The notes under the pieces: generated by a model
The model's input: the letters and a program-made list of their open reading frames with translations, nothing else
The model's database searches: none
Told to the model about the DNA's origin: nothing
DNA from: Bacteroidales bacterium
GTDB lineage: Bacteria > Bacteroidota > Bacteroidia > Bacteroidales > UBA12077
Direction of reading: 5' to 3'
DNA length: 58,217 bases
NCBI GenBank assembly: GCA_028282585.1
Contig: JANQHR010000024.1
Location: 1 to 58,217, forward strand
Program-made: the position numbers and the translations under genes
Shown here: positions 29,178-37,488 of the stretch, in pieces
How positions within the stretch are numbered: position 1 is the first letter of the stretch
Layout: each line of letters starts with the position of its first letter

Positions 29178-31670
29178 ATGAAGCAGGTATTTATACTAAC
29201 TATTATTGGCCTGGTAATTGTTTTCAATTTATCTTCACAAGAGAAAGTTGATCTGAAGGATACTTTTCAAGAAGCCGAATTTTTTATTTTATATGAAGAT
29301 TATGCCGAAGCTTTAGCTCTATATAATAAACTTGTTAGAAATGGATACACAAATTCTTATATTGATCATCGTATTGGCGAATGTTATCTTCATATTCCGG
29401 GACAAAAACATAAAGCAATCCCATATTTGGAAAGAGCAGTAGAAAACATTTCTGATAACATTAGAGAAGGCTCATTTAACGAAACAAAAGCACCAACAAG
29501 AACGCTCTTTTATTTAGGAGGTGCTTATCAGATAACTAATCAACTGGATAAAGCTATAGAAATGTACGAGAAATTCAAAGGATCCTTGGACGTACAAGAT
29601 ATCTACAACATTGATTACGTTGAACAGCAAATTCAATCATGCATAAATGCAAAAGAGTTAATGGATAAACCTCTAACTATTAATAAATTTAATATGGGCG
29701 ACGTAATAAATAATGGTTTTTCTAATATCACACCTGTTATTTCTCCTGATGAAAAATCTATTGTTTTTATTACAAAACTCCAATTTTACGACGCAATTTT
29801 CTATGCTGAAAAAGAAGGAGAAAACTGGAGTACTCCCATTAATATAACTCCTAATCTAAAATCAGACGGGAACATATACCCCTGTTATTTATCAGGTGAA
29901 ACCAAGACTTTACTGTTGTTTAAATATGAGGGATTTAGTGGTGATATTTATCAAAGCAAGTTTGAAAATGGAAGATGGCAGGTACCTAAGAAACTAAATA
30001 AAAATGTTAATTCAAGATTTCTCGAGTCTCATGCAGCATTATCGTCTGATGGCAAAACTATATATTTTGTTAGTGATAGAAAAGGAGGTTTTGGCGGACT
30101 AGATATTTATAAATCCGTTTACAATGAAGCAAAAAATACATGGGGAGAAGCTGTTAACTTAGGCTCTACAATTAACACGTCATTAGACGAGGAAACTCCA
30201 CAGATTTCTGAAAATGGTAAAATATTGTTCTTTAGTTCTCAAGGGCATCATAATATGGGAGGTTTTGATATTTTTCAGGCGCATAAAATTGGAGAAAATG
30301 AATGGACTGACCCAATTAATATGGGCTATCCGATTAACACTACAGATGATGACCTGTTTTATTATCCGCTTCAGAATGGTTCTATTGCATACATGTCTCT
30401 TTTTGAGGAAGATAACTATGGTCAAAAAGATATTTACAGATTAGACTTTTCAATCCCGGAAGAACCCTCATTGGTAAATGTTAAAGGAAAAGTAACACTC
30501 CAGGATAATCAAACTGATTTTAATAAAAGCGATTTCCGTATTGAAGTTTTAGATTCTTCCAAAGTAGAAGTTATAGAAAGACTTTATATAGAGGAAAACA
30601 CAGGTAATTTTTCTACTGAATTGTTGCCGGGTTCTTACAGATTTATATTTAAAAGTAAGGAATATAAACAAGAAGTAAAAACGGTTATAATTCCAAAAGA
30701 ATATAGCAGAGAAGAACTTGTTGTAAATGTTGAGTTAATTCCTTTAGCAGTAACTACTGGAGAATACTTAACAATTAAAAGTATTTATTTTGGATTTGAT
30801 GAATATACACTCAACAGAGACTCTAAAGTTGAATTGGAAAGACTTTATAATTTAATGACAAAATACCCTTCTTTACATATTGAAGTTATTGGTCATACGG
30901 ATTCAAAAGGTGCACAGGAATATAATAAGAAGCTATCTATAAAAAGGGCAAAATCTGTAATTGATTATTTAACTACAAAAGGTATTAATAAATCAAGGTT
31001 TGTTGCTAAAGGAGTTGGTATGGATCAACCTATGGCAATTAATATTAACCCTGATGGATCGGATAGTCCTGAAGGTAGAAAGTTCAACAGAAGAGTTGAA
31101 ATGAAAATCTTAAAATCAGATGATAAACTTGTTATTAAAGAAGAGAGTACTATACCAAGTCATTTAATAAACAGAAATCTTAGTTATTGCATATTAATTA
31201 CTAAAACTAAAAATGAATTACCAAACAATTACTTCGATAAATATGAAGAGTTAAAAGATCAAGAAATTAAAAAGTTTCATCATGTAGACTTTATATATGT
31301 ATTGGGCGATTGTAAAGAAAAATCAGAACTAATTAAAACTTTCAATACATTACTCGATTTAGGGTTTAAGGATGCTAAAATCATTTCTAATTATGATCTG
31401 AGGAATATGCTCCCCTATTCAGAACCAAGATTTACAATACAATTATTTGCCGGTGGTAGTTATGAAATAATTAATTCAGAAACAAAATCATATGAAGAAA
31501 AAGGAATTAAAGTATATGTAGAGAAGAAACAAATAAAAGGTAAAACTTACTATAGAATAAGAACCGGAAAATTTGATAGTTACGCTGAAGCAAAGAAAGA
31601 ACTTGTTCGAATTAAAAAACTTTTCCCGGAAATATCCGATTTATGGATTGATAATATTAATGATTTTTAA
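29178..31670 (+). CDS. PorE-like TPR-PD40-(carboxypeptidase-regulatory-like)-OmpA protein with C-terminal SPOR, paralogue C
   Basis: Signal peptide LSS|Q; PD40 blades; OmpA_C IYFGFD...GHTDSKG..YNKKLSIKRA..NRRVE; SPOR FTIQL...YRIRTGKFDSYAEA. Confidence 0.88.
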   Translation: MKQVFILTIIGLVIVFNLSSQEKVDLKDTFQEAEFFILYEDYAEALALYNKLVRNGYTNSYIDHRIGECYLHIPGQKHKAIPYLERAVENISDNIREGSFNETKAPTRTLFYLGGAYQITNQLDKAIEMYEKFKGSLDVQDIYNIDYVEQQIQSCINAKELMDKPLTINKFNMGDVINNGFSNITPVISPDEKSIVFITKLQFYDAIFYAEKEGENWSTPINITPNLKSDGNIYPCYLSGETKTLLLFKYEGFSGDIYQSKFENGRWQVPKKLNKNVNSRFLESHAALSSDGKTIYFVSDRKGGFGGLDIYKSVYNEAKNTWGEAVNLGSTINTSLDEETPQISENGKILFFSSQGHHNMGGFDIFQAHKIGENEWTDPINMGYPINTTDDDLFYYPLQNGSIAYMSLFEEDNYGQKDIYRLDFSIPEEPSLVNVKGKVTLQDNQTDFNKSDFRIEVLDSSKVEVIERLYIEENTGNFSTELLPGSYRFIFKSKEYKQEVKTVIIPKEYSREELVVNVELIPLAVTTGEYLTIKSIYFGFDEYTLNRDSKVELERLYNLMTKYPSLHIEVIGHTDSKGAQEYNKKLSIKRAKSVIDYLTTKGINKSRFVAKGVGMDQPMAININPDGSDSPEGRKFNRRVEMKILKSDDKLVIKEESTIPSHLINRNLSYCILITKTKNELPNNYFDKYEELKDQEIKKFHHVDFIYVLGDCKEKSELIKTFNTLLDLGFKDAKIISNYDLRNMLPYSEPRFTIQLFAGGSYEIINSETKSYEEKGIKVYVEKKQIKGKTYYRIRTGKFDSYAEAKKELVRIKKLFPEISDLWIDNINDF

Positions 31671-31684
31671 TAAATTCGTTTACG

Positions 31685-32236
31685 ATAAAAAAGCATTCTC
31701 AAATACTAGAAGGTAATTTAACCCGACTACGCGCTATTGAGCCTAACGATGTAGATTTGGTTTACAGTTGGGAAAATGATAGTACGATTTGGCAATTAAG
31801 TAATACATTCACACCTTTTTCAAGGTATGTAATTAAACAATTTATAGATAACTCGCATCAGGATATTTTTCAGTTAAAGCAACTTCGTTTAATGATTGAT
31901 AAAACTGATAATAAGCAAGTCCAAACAATAGGCACCATTGATTTATTCGATTTCGATCCAATTCACAAACGAGCTGGTGTTGGAATTTTAATTGCACAAG
32001 AAAAAGATCGCAAAAAAGGTTACGCTTCAGATGCCTTGGAGATATTGATTAGATATAGTTTTCATACTCTTCAACTTCATCAGTTATACTGTAATATCAC
32101 TGAAGATAATTCAGATTCTCTTGCCTTATTTCAAAGCAAAGGCTTTCAACTTATTGGCACAAAGCGTGACTGGCTAATTTTTCCAAAAGGTAAAAAAGAT
32201 GAGTTTATGTTTCAGTTGATTAATAAAGAAAATTAA
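31685..32236 (+). CDS. GNAT (RimJ/RimL-like) N-acetyltransferase; start codon uncertain
   Basis: The frame extends upstream of TTG 31757 as IKKHSQILEGNLTRLRAIEPNDVDLVYSWEND; IGTIDLFDFD, RKKGYASDAL, LHQLY, N..SLALF..KGF. Confidence 0.82.
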   Translation: MKKHSQILEGNLTRLRAIEPNDVDLVYSWENDSTIWQLSNTFTPFSRYVIKQFIDNSHQDIFQLKQLRLMIDKTDNKQVQTIGTIDLFDFDPIHKRAGVGILIAQEKDRKKGYASDALEILIRYSFHTLQLHQLYCNITEDNSDSLALFQSKGFQLIGTKRDWLIFPKGKKDEFMFQLINKEN

Positions 32237-32259
32237 TAACCTAAAGAAATTCTATAAAA

Positions 32260-32718
32260 TCATTTAGCTATTATTTGATCAAAACCGGGTATTTCTTTAA
32301 AAAAAATGTAATTTCTTTCTTTTGAATTTATTTTACAGCAATAATGACCCATTCCATTAGAAATTATCAAATACTTAACCTGAAGTTCTAAATTATATCT
32401 TGCAATTTGATCAAAAACATTTTGATCAATACTAACTTCCGGAGCTTTAAACTCCATCATTAAAACCGGCCTTCCGATCCTATCATAAACTACAGCATCA
32501 CTCCTTTTAGATAAATTATTTAGTTTAAATTCTTTTTCAACAAAGATGAGTGATACAGGATATTTTTTTTCTTCAACCAAATATCTTAGAAAATTTTGCC
32601 GAACCCATTCCTCAGGTGTTAATATCACAAATTTCTTTCTAATAAAATCAAAAATATATTTTCTTTGTTCTATTAATTTTATATTGAATGAATAAGTTGG
32701 TAAATTTAACCTCTTCAT
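32260..32718 (-). CDS. Type I restriction HsdR N-terminal-domain protein (stand-alone)
   Basis: IFDFIRKKFVILTPEEWVRQ, RSDAVV, MEFKAP, QIARYN, ISNG. Confidence 0.88.
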   Translation of the reverse strand: MKRLNLPTYSFNIKLIEQRKYIFDFIRKKFVILTPEEWVRQNFLRYLVEEKKYPVSLIFVEKEFKLNNLSKRSDAVVYDRIGRPVLMMEFKAPEVSIDQNVFDQIARYNLELQVKYLIISNGMGHYCCKINSKERNYIFFKEIPGFDQIIAK

Positions 32719-32780
32719 AGAAACTAGCTTATTTATTGAGCTTATAAAAATAAGAAAGATAAGAATTAAAATACTACCCT

Positions 32781-33551
32781 ATGAAAACAAAAGATGAAAT
32801 AGTTCAAAATTGGTTACCAAGGTATACCGGATGCAGTTTAGAACAATTCGGGGACTATATTCTTTTAACCAATTTTTCTCATTATCTGGAATTATTTGCC
32901 GAATGGAACAATACCGAGATTATTGATGCAGGTGCAAATATGCCATGTGCCACTGCAGAAGGAATTACTATGATTAATTTTGGTATGGGTAGTGCAAATG
33001 CAGCAACCATTATTGATTTGTTAAGTGCTATAAAACCTAAAGCTGCTCTATTTCTTGGAAAATGCGGTGGATTAAAAAAGAAAAACCAATTAGGTGATTT
33101 TATTTTACCAATAGCTGCAATCAGAAGTGAAGGAACAAGCGATGATTATCTCCCACCAGAGATTCCTGCACTACCAGCATTTAAATTACAAATGGCAGTG
33201 GCAACGGCAATAAGCAAAAAGAACAGGCATTATTACACCGGAACAGTTTATACAACAAACAAGCGAGTATGGGAATACGACGAGCGATTTAAAAAGTACC
33301 TCGAAAAAACCCGGTCCATGGCCATAGATATGGAAACAGCAACTATTTTCACAGTTGGTTTTGCTAATGAAATACCATGTGGCGCTTTACTTCTGGTTAC
33401 AGACCAACCTATGATATCAACGGGAGTTAAAACTTCCAGAAGTGATAAATTGGTTACCGAAAATTTTGTTAACGATCATGTGATGATTGGAATAAAAGCA
33501 CTAAAAGAAATAAAAGAAAACAAAGAATCGGTTAAACATTTACATTTTTAA
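32781..33551 (+). CDS. amn: AMP nucleosidase (PNP/UDP family)
   Basis: NWLPRYTG, YILLTNF, INFGMGSANAA, LGKCGGL, EGTSDDY, DMETAT. Confidence 0.9.
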   Translation: MKTKDEIVQNWLPRYTGCSLEQFGDYILLTNFSHYLELFAEWNNTEIIDAGANMPCATAEGITMINFGMGSANAATIIDLLSAIKPKAALFLGKCGGLKKKNQLGDFILPIAAIRSEGTSDDYLPPEIPALPAFKLQMAVATAISKKNRHYYTGTVYTTNKRVWEYDERFKKYLEKTRSMAIDMETATIFTVGFANEIPCGALLLVTDQPMISTGVKTSRSDKLVTENFVNDHVMIGIKALKEIKENKESVKHLHF

Positions 33552-33563
33552 TTGAGTTTAGAT

Positions 33564-34568
33564 ATGAATTTTGAGCAGATAATTTCTGATTTAAAAAATA
33601 AAATTTATAAACCTATTTATTTCCTCTCAGGTGAAGAAACGCACTTCATCGATCTAATTACAAAATACATACATGACAATGTATTAACAGATGCGGAAAA
33701 ATCTTTTAACCAAACTATTTTGTATGGAAAGGAAACTGATATAAGTACCGTAATTAATACCGCGAAGAGATTTCCAATGATGGCAAATCATCAAGTTGTG
33801 ATTGTAAAGGAAGCTCAAAACATCAAGAAAATTGAAGATCTGATTCACTATGCAGAAAACCCACTTCAATCGACTATATTAGTAATCAATTATAAATACA
33901 AGACTTTAGATAAAAGAAAAAAACTTTATAAGACAATTAATGAAAAAGGCGTTTTGTTTGAGTCAAAGAAACTATACGAAAATGAAGTCCCTTCTTGGAT
34001 TAACGCTTATCTAAAAAATAAGAACAGAACAATTGATCCTAGTGCTGGAATGCTATTAACTGAATACCTTGGAAATAATTTAAGTAAGATTGCAAACGAA
34101 TTGGAAAAATTAATTATTACACTTCCTGAAGGTGAAATCAATATAACGACAATGCATATCGAAAGAAATATTGGAATTAGTAAAGATTACAACAATTTCG
34201 AATTGCATAAAGCATTAACTCAAAAGAATGTACTAAAAGCAAACAGAATAGTAAATTACTTTGGTGCAAATCCAAAAGATAATCCATTTACGCTCACAAT
34301 TTCAACTTTATATCATTTTTATAGCAAAGTATTAATATATCATTTTATTAAAGACAAACGAGATCGAAGAAATGTAGCTGCTACTTTAAAGGTTAATCCT
34401 TTTTTTGTTGGCGATTATGAAAAAGCAGCCAAAAATTATAATCCTAAAAAGACCGTTGAAGTTATTAGTTTGTTAAGAGAATATGACCTTAAATCTAAGG
34501 GGTATAAAAATGTAAGCACATCACATGGTGAGCTGTTAAAAGAACTCGTTTATAAAATTCTTCATTAA
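33564..34568 (+). CDS. holA: DNA polymerase III delta subunit
   Basis: YKPIYFLSGEETHFID, FNQTILYGKE, RFPMM, VVIVKEAQ, ELEKL, IGISKDYNNFEL; ATG at 33564. Confidence 0.93.
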   Translation: MNFEQIISDLKNKIYKPIYFLSGEETHFIDLITKYIHDNVLTDAEKSFNQTILYGKETDISTVINTAKRFPMMANHQVVIVKEAQNIKKIEDLIHYAENPLQSTILVINYKYKTLDKRKKLYKTINEKGVLFESKKLYENEVPSWINAYLKNKNRTIDPSAGMLLTEYLGNNLSKIANELEKLIITLPEGEINITTMHIERNIGISKDYNNFELHKALTQKNVLKANRIVNYFGANPKDNPFTLTISTLYHFYSKVLIYHFIKDKRDRRNVAATLKVNPFFVGDYEKAAKNYNPKKTVEVISLLREYDLKSKGYKNVSTSHGELLKELVYKILH

Positions 34569-34570
34569 AC

Positions 34571-35188
34571 ATGACAATTCTTATTATAATTATTACGTCT
34601 GCCATTTCCATATTGGCATTTAATAACCGGGAAATATTTGATAAACTGCAACTTAATACGTATTCGGTTTATCATAAAAAACAATGGTACAGATTGATAT
34701 CACACGGATTCTTGCATGCAGATTGGGCTCATTTATTCGTAAATATGTTTGTACTATTTTTCTTTGGAAGGTCAGTTGAAAATGAGTTTGAAAAATTAGC
34801 AATAAACGGTACAATAAAATCTCCGGTATTTTCATTTGTCCTTCTATATTTTGCAAGTATGGTTTTTGCAACTGTTACATCAATTGCAAAACACAAAGAT
34901 AATGTTTGGTACAATTCGGTTGGTGCATCAGGAGCCGTATCAGCGATTCTTTTTACCCATATTTTCTTTCAACCATTGGCAAAGTTATATTTTTATGCAG
35001 TTATACCTATCCCAGGTATTGTATTTGGAGTTTTATACTTAGGATATTCTCACTATATGGGTCGAAGAGGCAATGATAATATTAATCATGACGCACACTT
35101 TATAGGTGCTGTTTTTGGTTTCTTATTCCCTCTTTTATTAGACCCAAAACTTATTAATACCTTTTTAGGACAATTATTTAATTTTTAA
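34571..35188 (+). CDS. Rhomboid family intramembrane serine protease
   Basis: WYRLISHGFLHADWAHLFVNM, VGASGAVS, HDAHFIGA. Confidence 0.93.
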   Translation: MTILIIIITSAISILAFNNREIFDKLQLNTYSVYHKKQWYRLISHGFLHADWAHLFVNMFVLFFFGRSVENEFEKLAINGTIKSPVFSFVLLYFASMVFATVTSIAKHKDNVWYNSVGASGAVSAILFTHIFFQPLAKLYFYAVIPIPGIVFGVLYLGYSHYMGRRGNDNINHDAHFIGAVFGFLFPLLLDPKLINTFLGQLFNF

Positions 35189-35189
35189 A

Positions 35190-35702
35190 ATGAATAAAGC
35201 AGTTTTTTTCGATAGAGATGGAGTAATTAACTATGATCCTGGCGATTATACTTACCAATTAGAAGAGTTCAAAATAAATGAGGGTATTATATCATCATTA
35301 AAAAAACTTTCATCAGCAGGTTATCTATTGTTTATTATCACCAATCAAGGAGGTATTTCTAAGGAAATCTACACTCATAACCATGTAAACGCAATCCATA
35401 AATATTTAATTGAGGAGTTAACCAAAGAAAATGTAAAGTTTTCTGAAATCTATTATTGCCCTCATCATAATGTTAATGAAAATTGTTTATGCCGGAAACC
35501 GAATTCACTTTTAATAGAAAAAGCCATAGCCAGGTTTGTTGTTGACAAAAAAAAATCATTTATGATCGGTGACAAAGCTCGTGATATTGAAGCTGCTGAG
35601 AATGCGGGTATAAAAGGAATAAAAGTTAAGGTAAATGAAAATATCGAAAAATATGTGGATGATATTTTAAATTCCAACTATCAAAATACAATTTCCAATT
35701 AA
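35190..35702 (+). CDS. gmhB: HAD-IIIA phosphatase, GmhB-like
   Basis: FFDRDGVIN, ITNQGGI, YCPHH...CLCRKP, MIGD..RDIEAA. Confidence 0.8.
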   Translation: MNKAVFFDRDGVINYDPGDYTYQLEEFKINEGIISSLKKLSSAGYLLFIITNQGGISKEIYTHNHVNAIHKYLIEELTKENVKFSEIYYCPHHNVNENCLCRKPNSLLIEKAIARFVVDKKKSFMIGDKARDIEAAENAGIKGIKVKVNENIEKYVDDILNSNYQNTISN

Positions 35703-35799
35703 TCTCCAATAACCAAAGTTAAAAATTGTTTATAATTTAATTAAATAAAAGATTTCAAGAAATTGAATATTGATTATTATTTGTAATTTGAAATTTAAA

Positions 35800-36660
35800 A
35801 TGCCAATTAATACTTTCATACTATATAATAGTGATTATCGCATTCGTGATGAGTTTGGTCTAAGTTTTAAAAACCGAGCCTTTTGCTATGGTGATGCATT
35901 GTTTGAAACCATGCATGCTAATGGAACTGAAATTCAATTTTTCGAAGATCATTTAGCACGTCTAAAATACGGGATGAAAATTCTAGGCATGAAAATTCCA
36001 ACGGTTATTGAAACAGGTTATATAAAAAAAGAAATCATTAAACTTCTTCATAAAAACAAACTTTATCAAGGTGTAAGAATTCGTTTAAATGTTTTTAGAA
36101 ATGAGGGAGGAAAGTACACTCCTGAAAATGACAGCATCTCATATCTTGCAGAAACGGAGTACATTGACAATGATCATTATGAACTAAACCAAAAAGGTCT
36201 AATTATTGATTTGTACAATGAAATAAAAAAGCCTGTTAATTCCTTCGCTAATTTAAAAACATCCAATGCGTTGCTTTACATAATGGCAGGTAAATTTGCG
36301 AAAAAACATATCTTAGGAGACTGTATTTTAATTAATGAATATGATCACCTGGTTGAAGGAATAAGTTCAAACTTATTTATATTAAAGGGAGATAAAATTT
36401 CCACATCTCCACTAAAAGACGGACCTGTTGCAGGAATTATGAGAAAACAAATTCTTAAAATTGCAGATAAACATGGTTTGAAAATAAACTTTGAAACTTC
36501 TTTAAAAGAAGAAGATTTATTAAATGCTGACGAAGTTTTTTTGACAAACGCTATTACAGGAATAAGATGGGTGCTAGCATATAAAGACCGAAGGTATTTT
36601 AATAATATAGCTCGTCAATTTATTGACAAGCTAAATTTGATGGCTTTCGAAAATCAATAA
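35800..36660 (+). CDS. Class IV aminotransferase (PabC/IlvE-like)
   Basis: ATG 35800; NRAFCYGDALFETM, HLARL, LKTSN, EGISSNLF, GIMR, ADEVFLTNA. Confidence 0.88.
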   Translation: MPINTFILYNSDYRIRDEFGLSFKNRAFCYGDALFETMHANGTEIQFFEDHLARLKYGMKILGMKIPTVIETGYIKKEIIKLLHKNKLYQGVRIRLNVFRNEGGKYTPENDSISYLAETEYIDNDHYELNQKGLIIDLYNEIKKPVNSFANLKTSNALLYIMAGKFAKKHILGDCILINEYDHLVEGISSNLFILKGDKISTSPLKDGPVAGIMRKQILKIADKHGLKINFETSLKEEDLLNADEVFLTNAITGIRWVLAYKDRRYFNNIARQFIDKLNLMAFENQ

Positions 36661-37254
36661 TTAATTCATTGCAGGATTCTCTGGAAAATTTGCCCACACC
36701 TTGTATTTTTTACCTAACTCATCCAAAGTTTTTTTCCAGATATCTTTATCAGCAGACATTATTTTTTCCGATTCAACTCGAGTAACTAACCAGGCATTTT
36801 CTTCAATTTCGCCTTCTAACTGGTCTGGACTCCAACCTGAATATCCTAAAAAGAACCTTACCTGGGCAGGTTCAACAATTCCTTCACCGATCAATTCTTT
36901 TAAACTATCAAAATCTCCTCCCCAATAAATATTATCCATTACATGAACTGAATTGGGAACTAATTCACCCAACGTATGTAAAAAATGGATGGTATCTTTT
37001 GCCACAGGACCACCAATATAAACTTGAGCATTAAAATCTGGAAAATCAGCAAGCACTTCGTTTAATGGTAAGTCAACAGGTTTATTTAAAACAAAACCTA
37101 CAGCTCCTTTATCCGAATGTTCAGTTAAAAGAACTACAGAGCGTTTAAAATATGTGTCGGATAATAGAGGTTCTGATATTAGTATCCGACCTTGTTTAGG
37201 AGCTAGATTTTCATGTTCAATATTCAGAAAATCAAAATCGAGATACATTCCCAT
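36661..37254 (-). CDS. YqgE/AlgH (DUF179) family protein
   Basis: ILISEP, FKRSVVLL, GFVLNKP, GGPV, FFLGYSGWSPDQLEGEI. Confidence 0.92.
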   Translation of the reverse strand: MGMYLDFDFLNIEHENLAPKQGRILISEPLLSDTYFKRSVVLLTEHSDKGAVGFVLNKPVDLPLNEVLADFPDFNAQVYIGGPVAKDTIHFLHTLGELVPNSVHVMDNIYWGGDFDSLKELIGEGIVEPAQVRFFLGYSGWSPDQLEGEIEENAWLVTRVESEKIMSADKDIWKKTLDELGKKYKVWANFPENPAMN

Positions 37255-37488
37255 GATTCAAATATTATAGTTCCAAAATAAGACTTTTTATACTAAAATC
37301 AAAATACTTTGTAATTATTAACCTAAGATTAATATACTTATAATTACGCTTTTTACCATTTTCCGATTATAGCTACTCAGGTAATTCCTCTAAAGTTTAA
37401 ACCTAAGCGGAGGTAATGGGTCAAAAAGCTTAATAATAAGTTTTTTTTCTCTATTTTAGAGATGTTTTTTTATACAAAATAGTTGCTA

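Noticed and set aside
32260-32718. HsdR_N protein as a restriction or defence system
   Set aside because: No hsdM, hsdS or helicase domain is nearby. The stand-alone gene beside amn/holA is a routine Bacteroidota arrangement.
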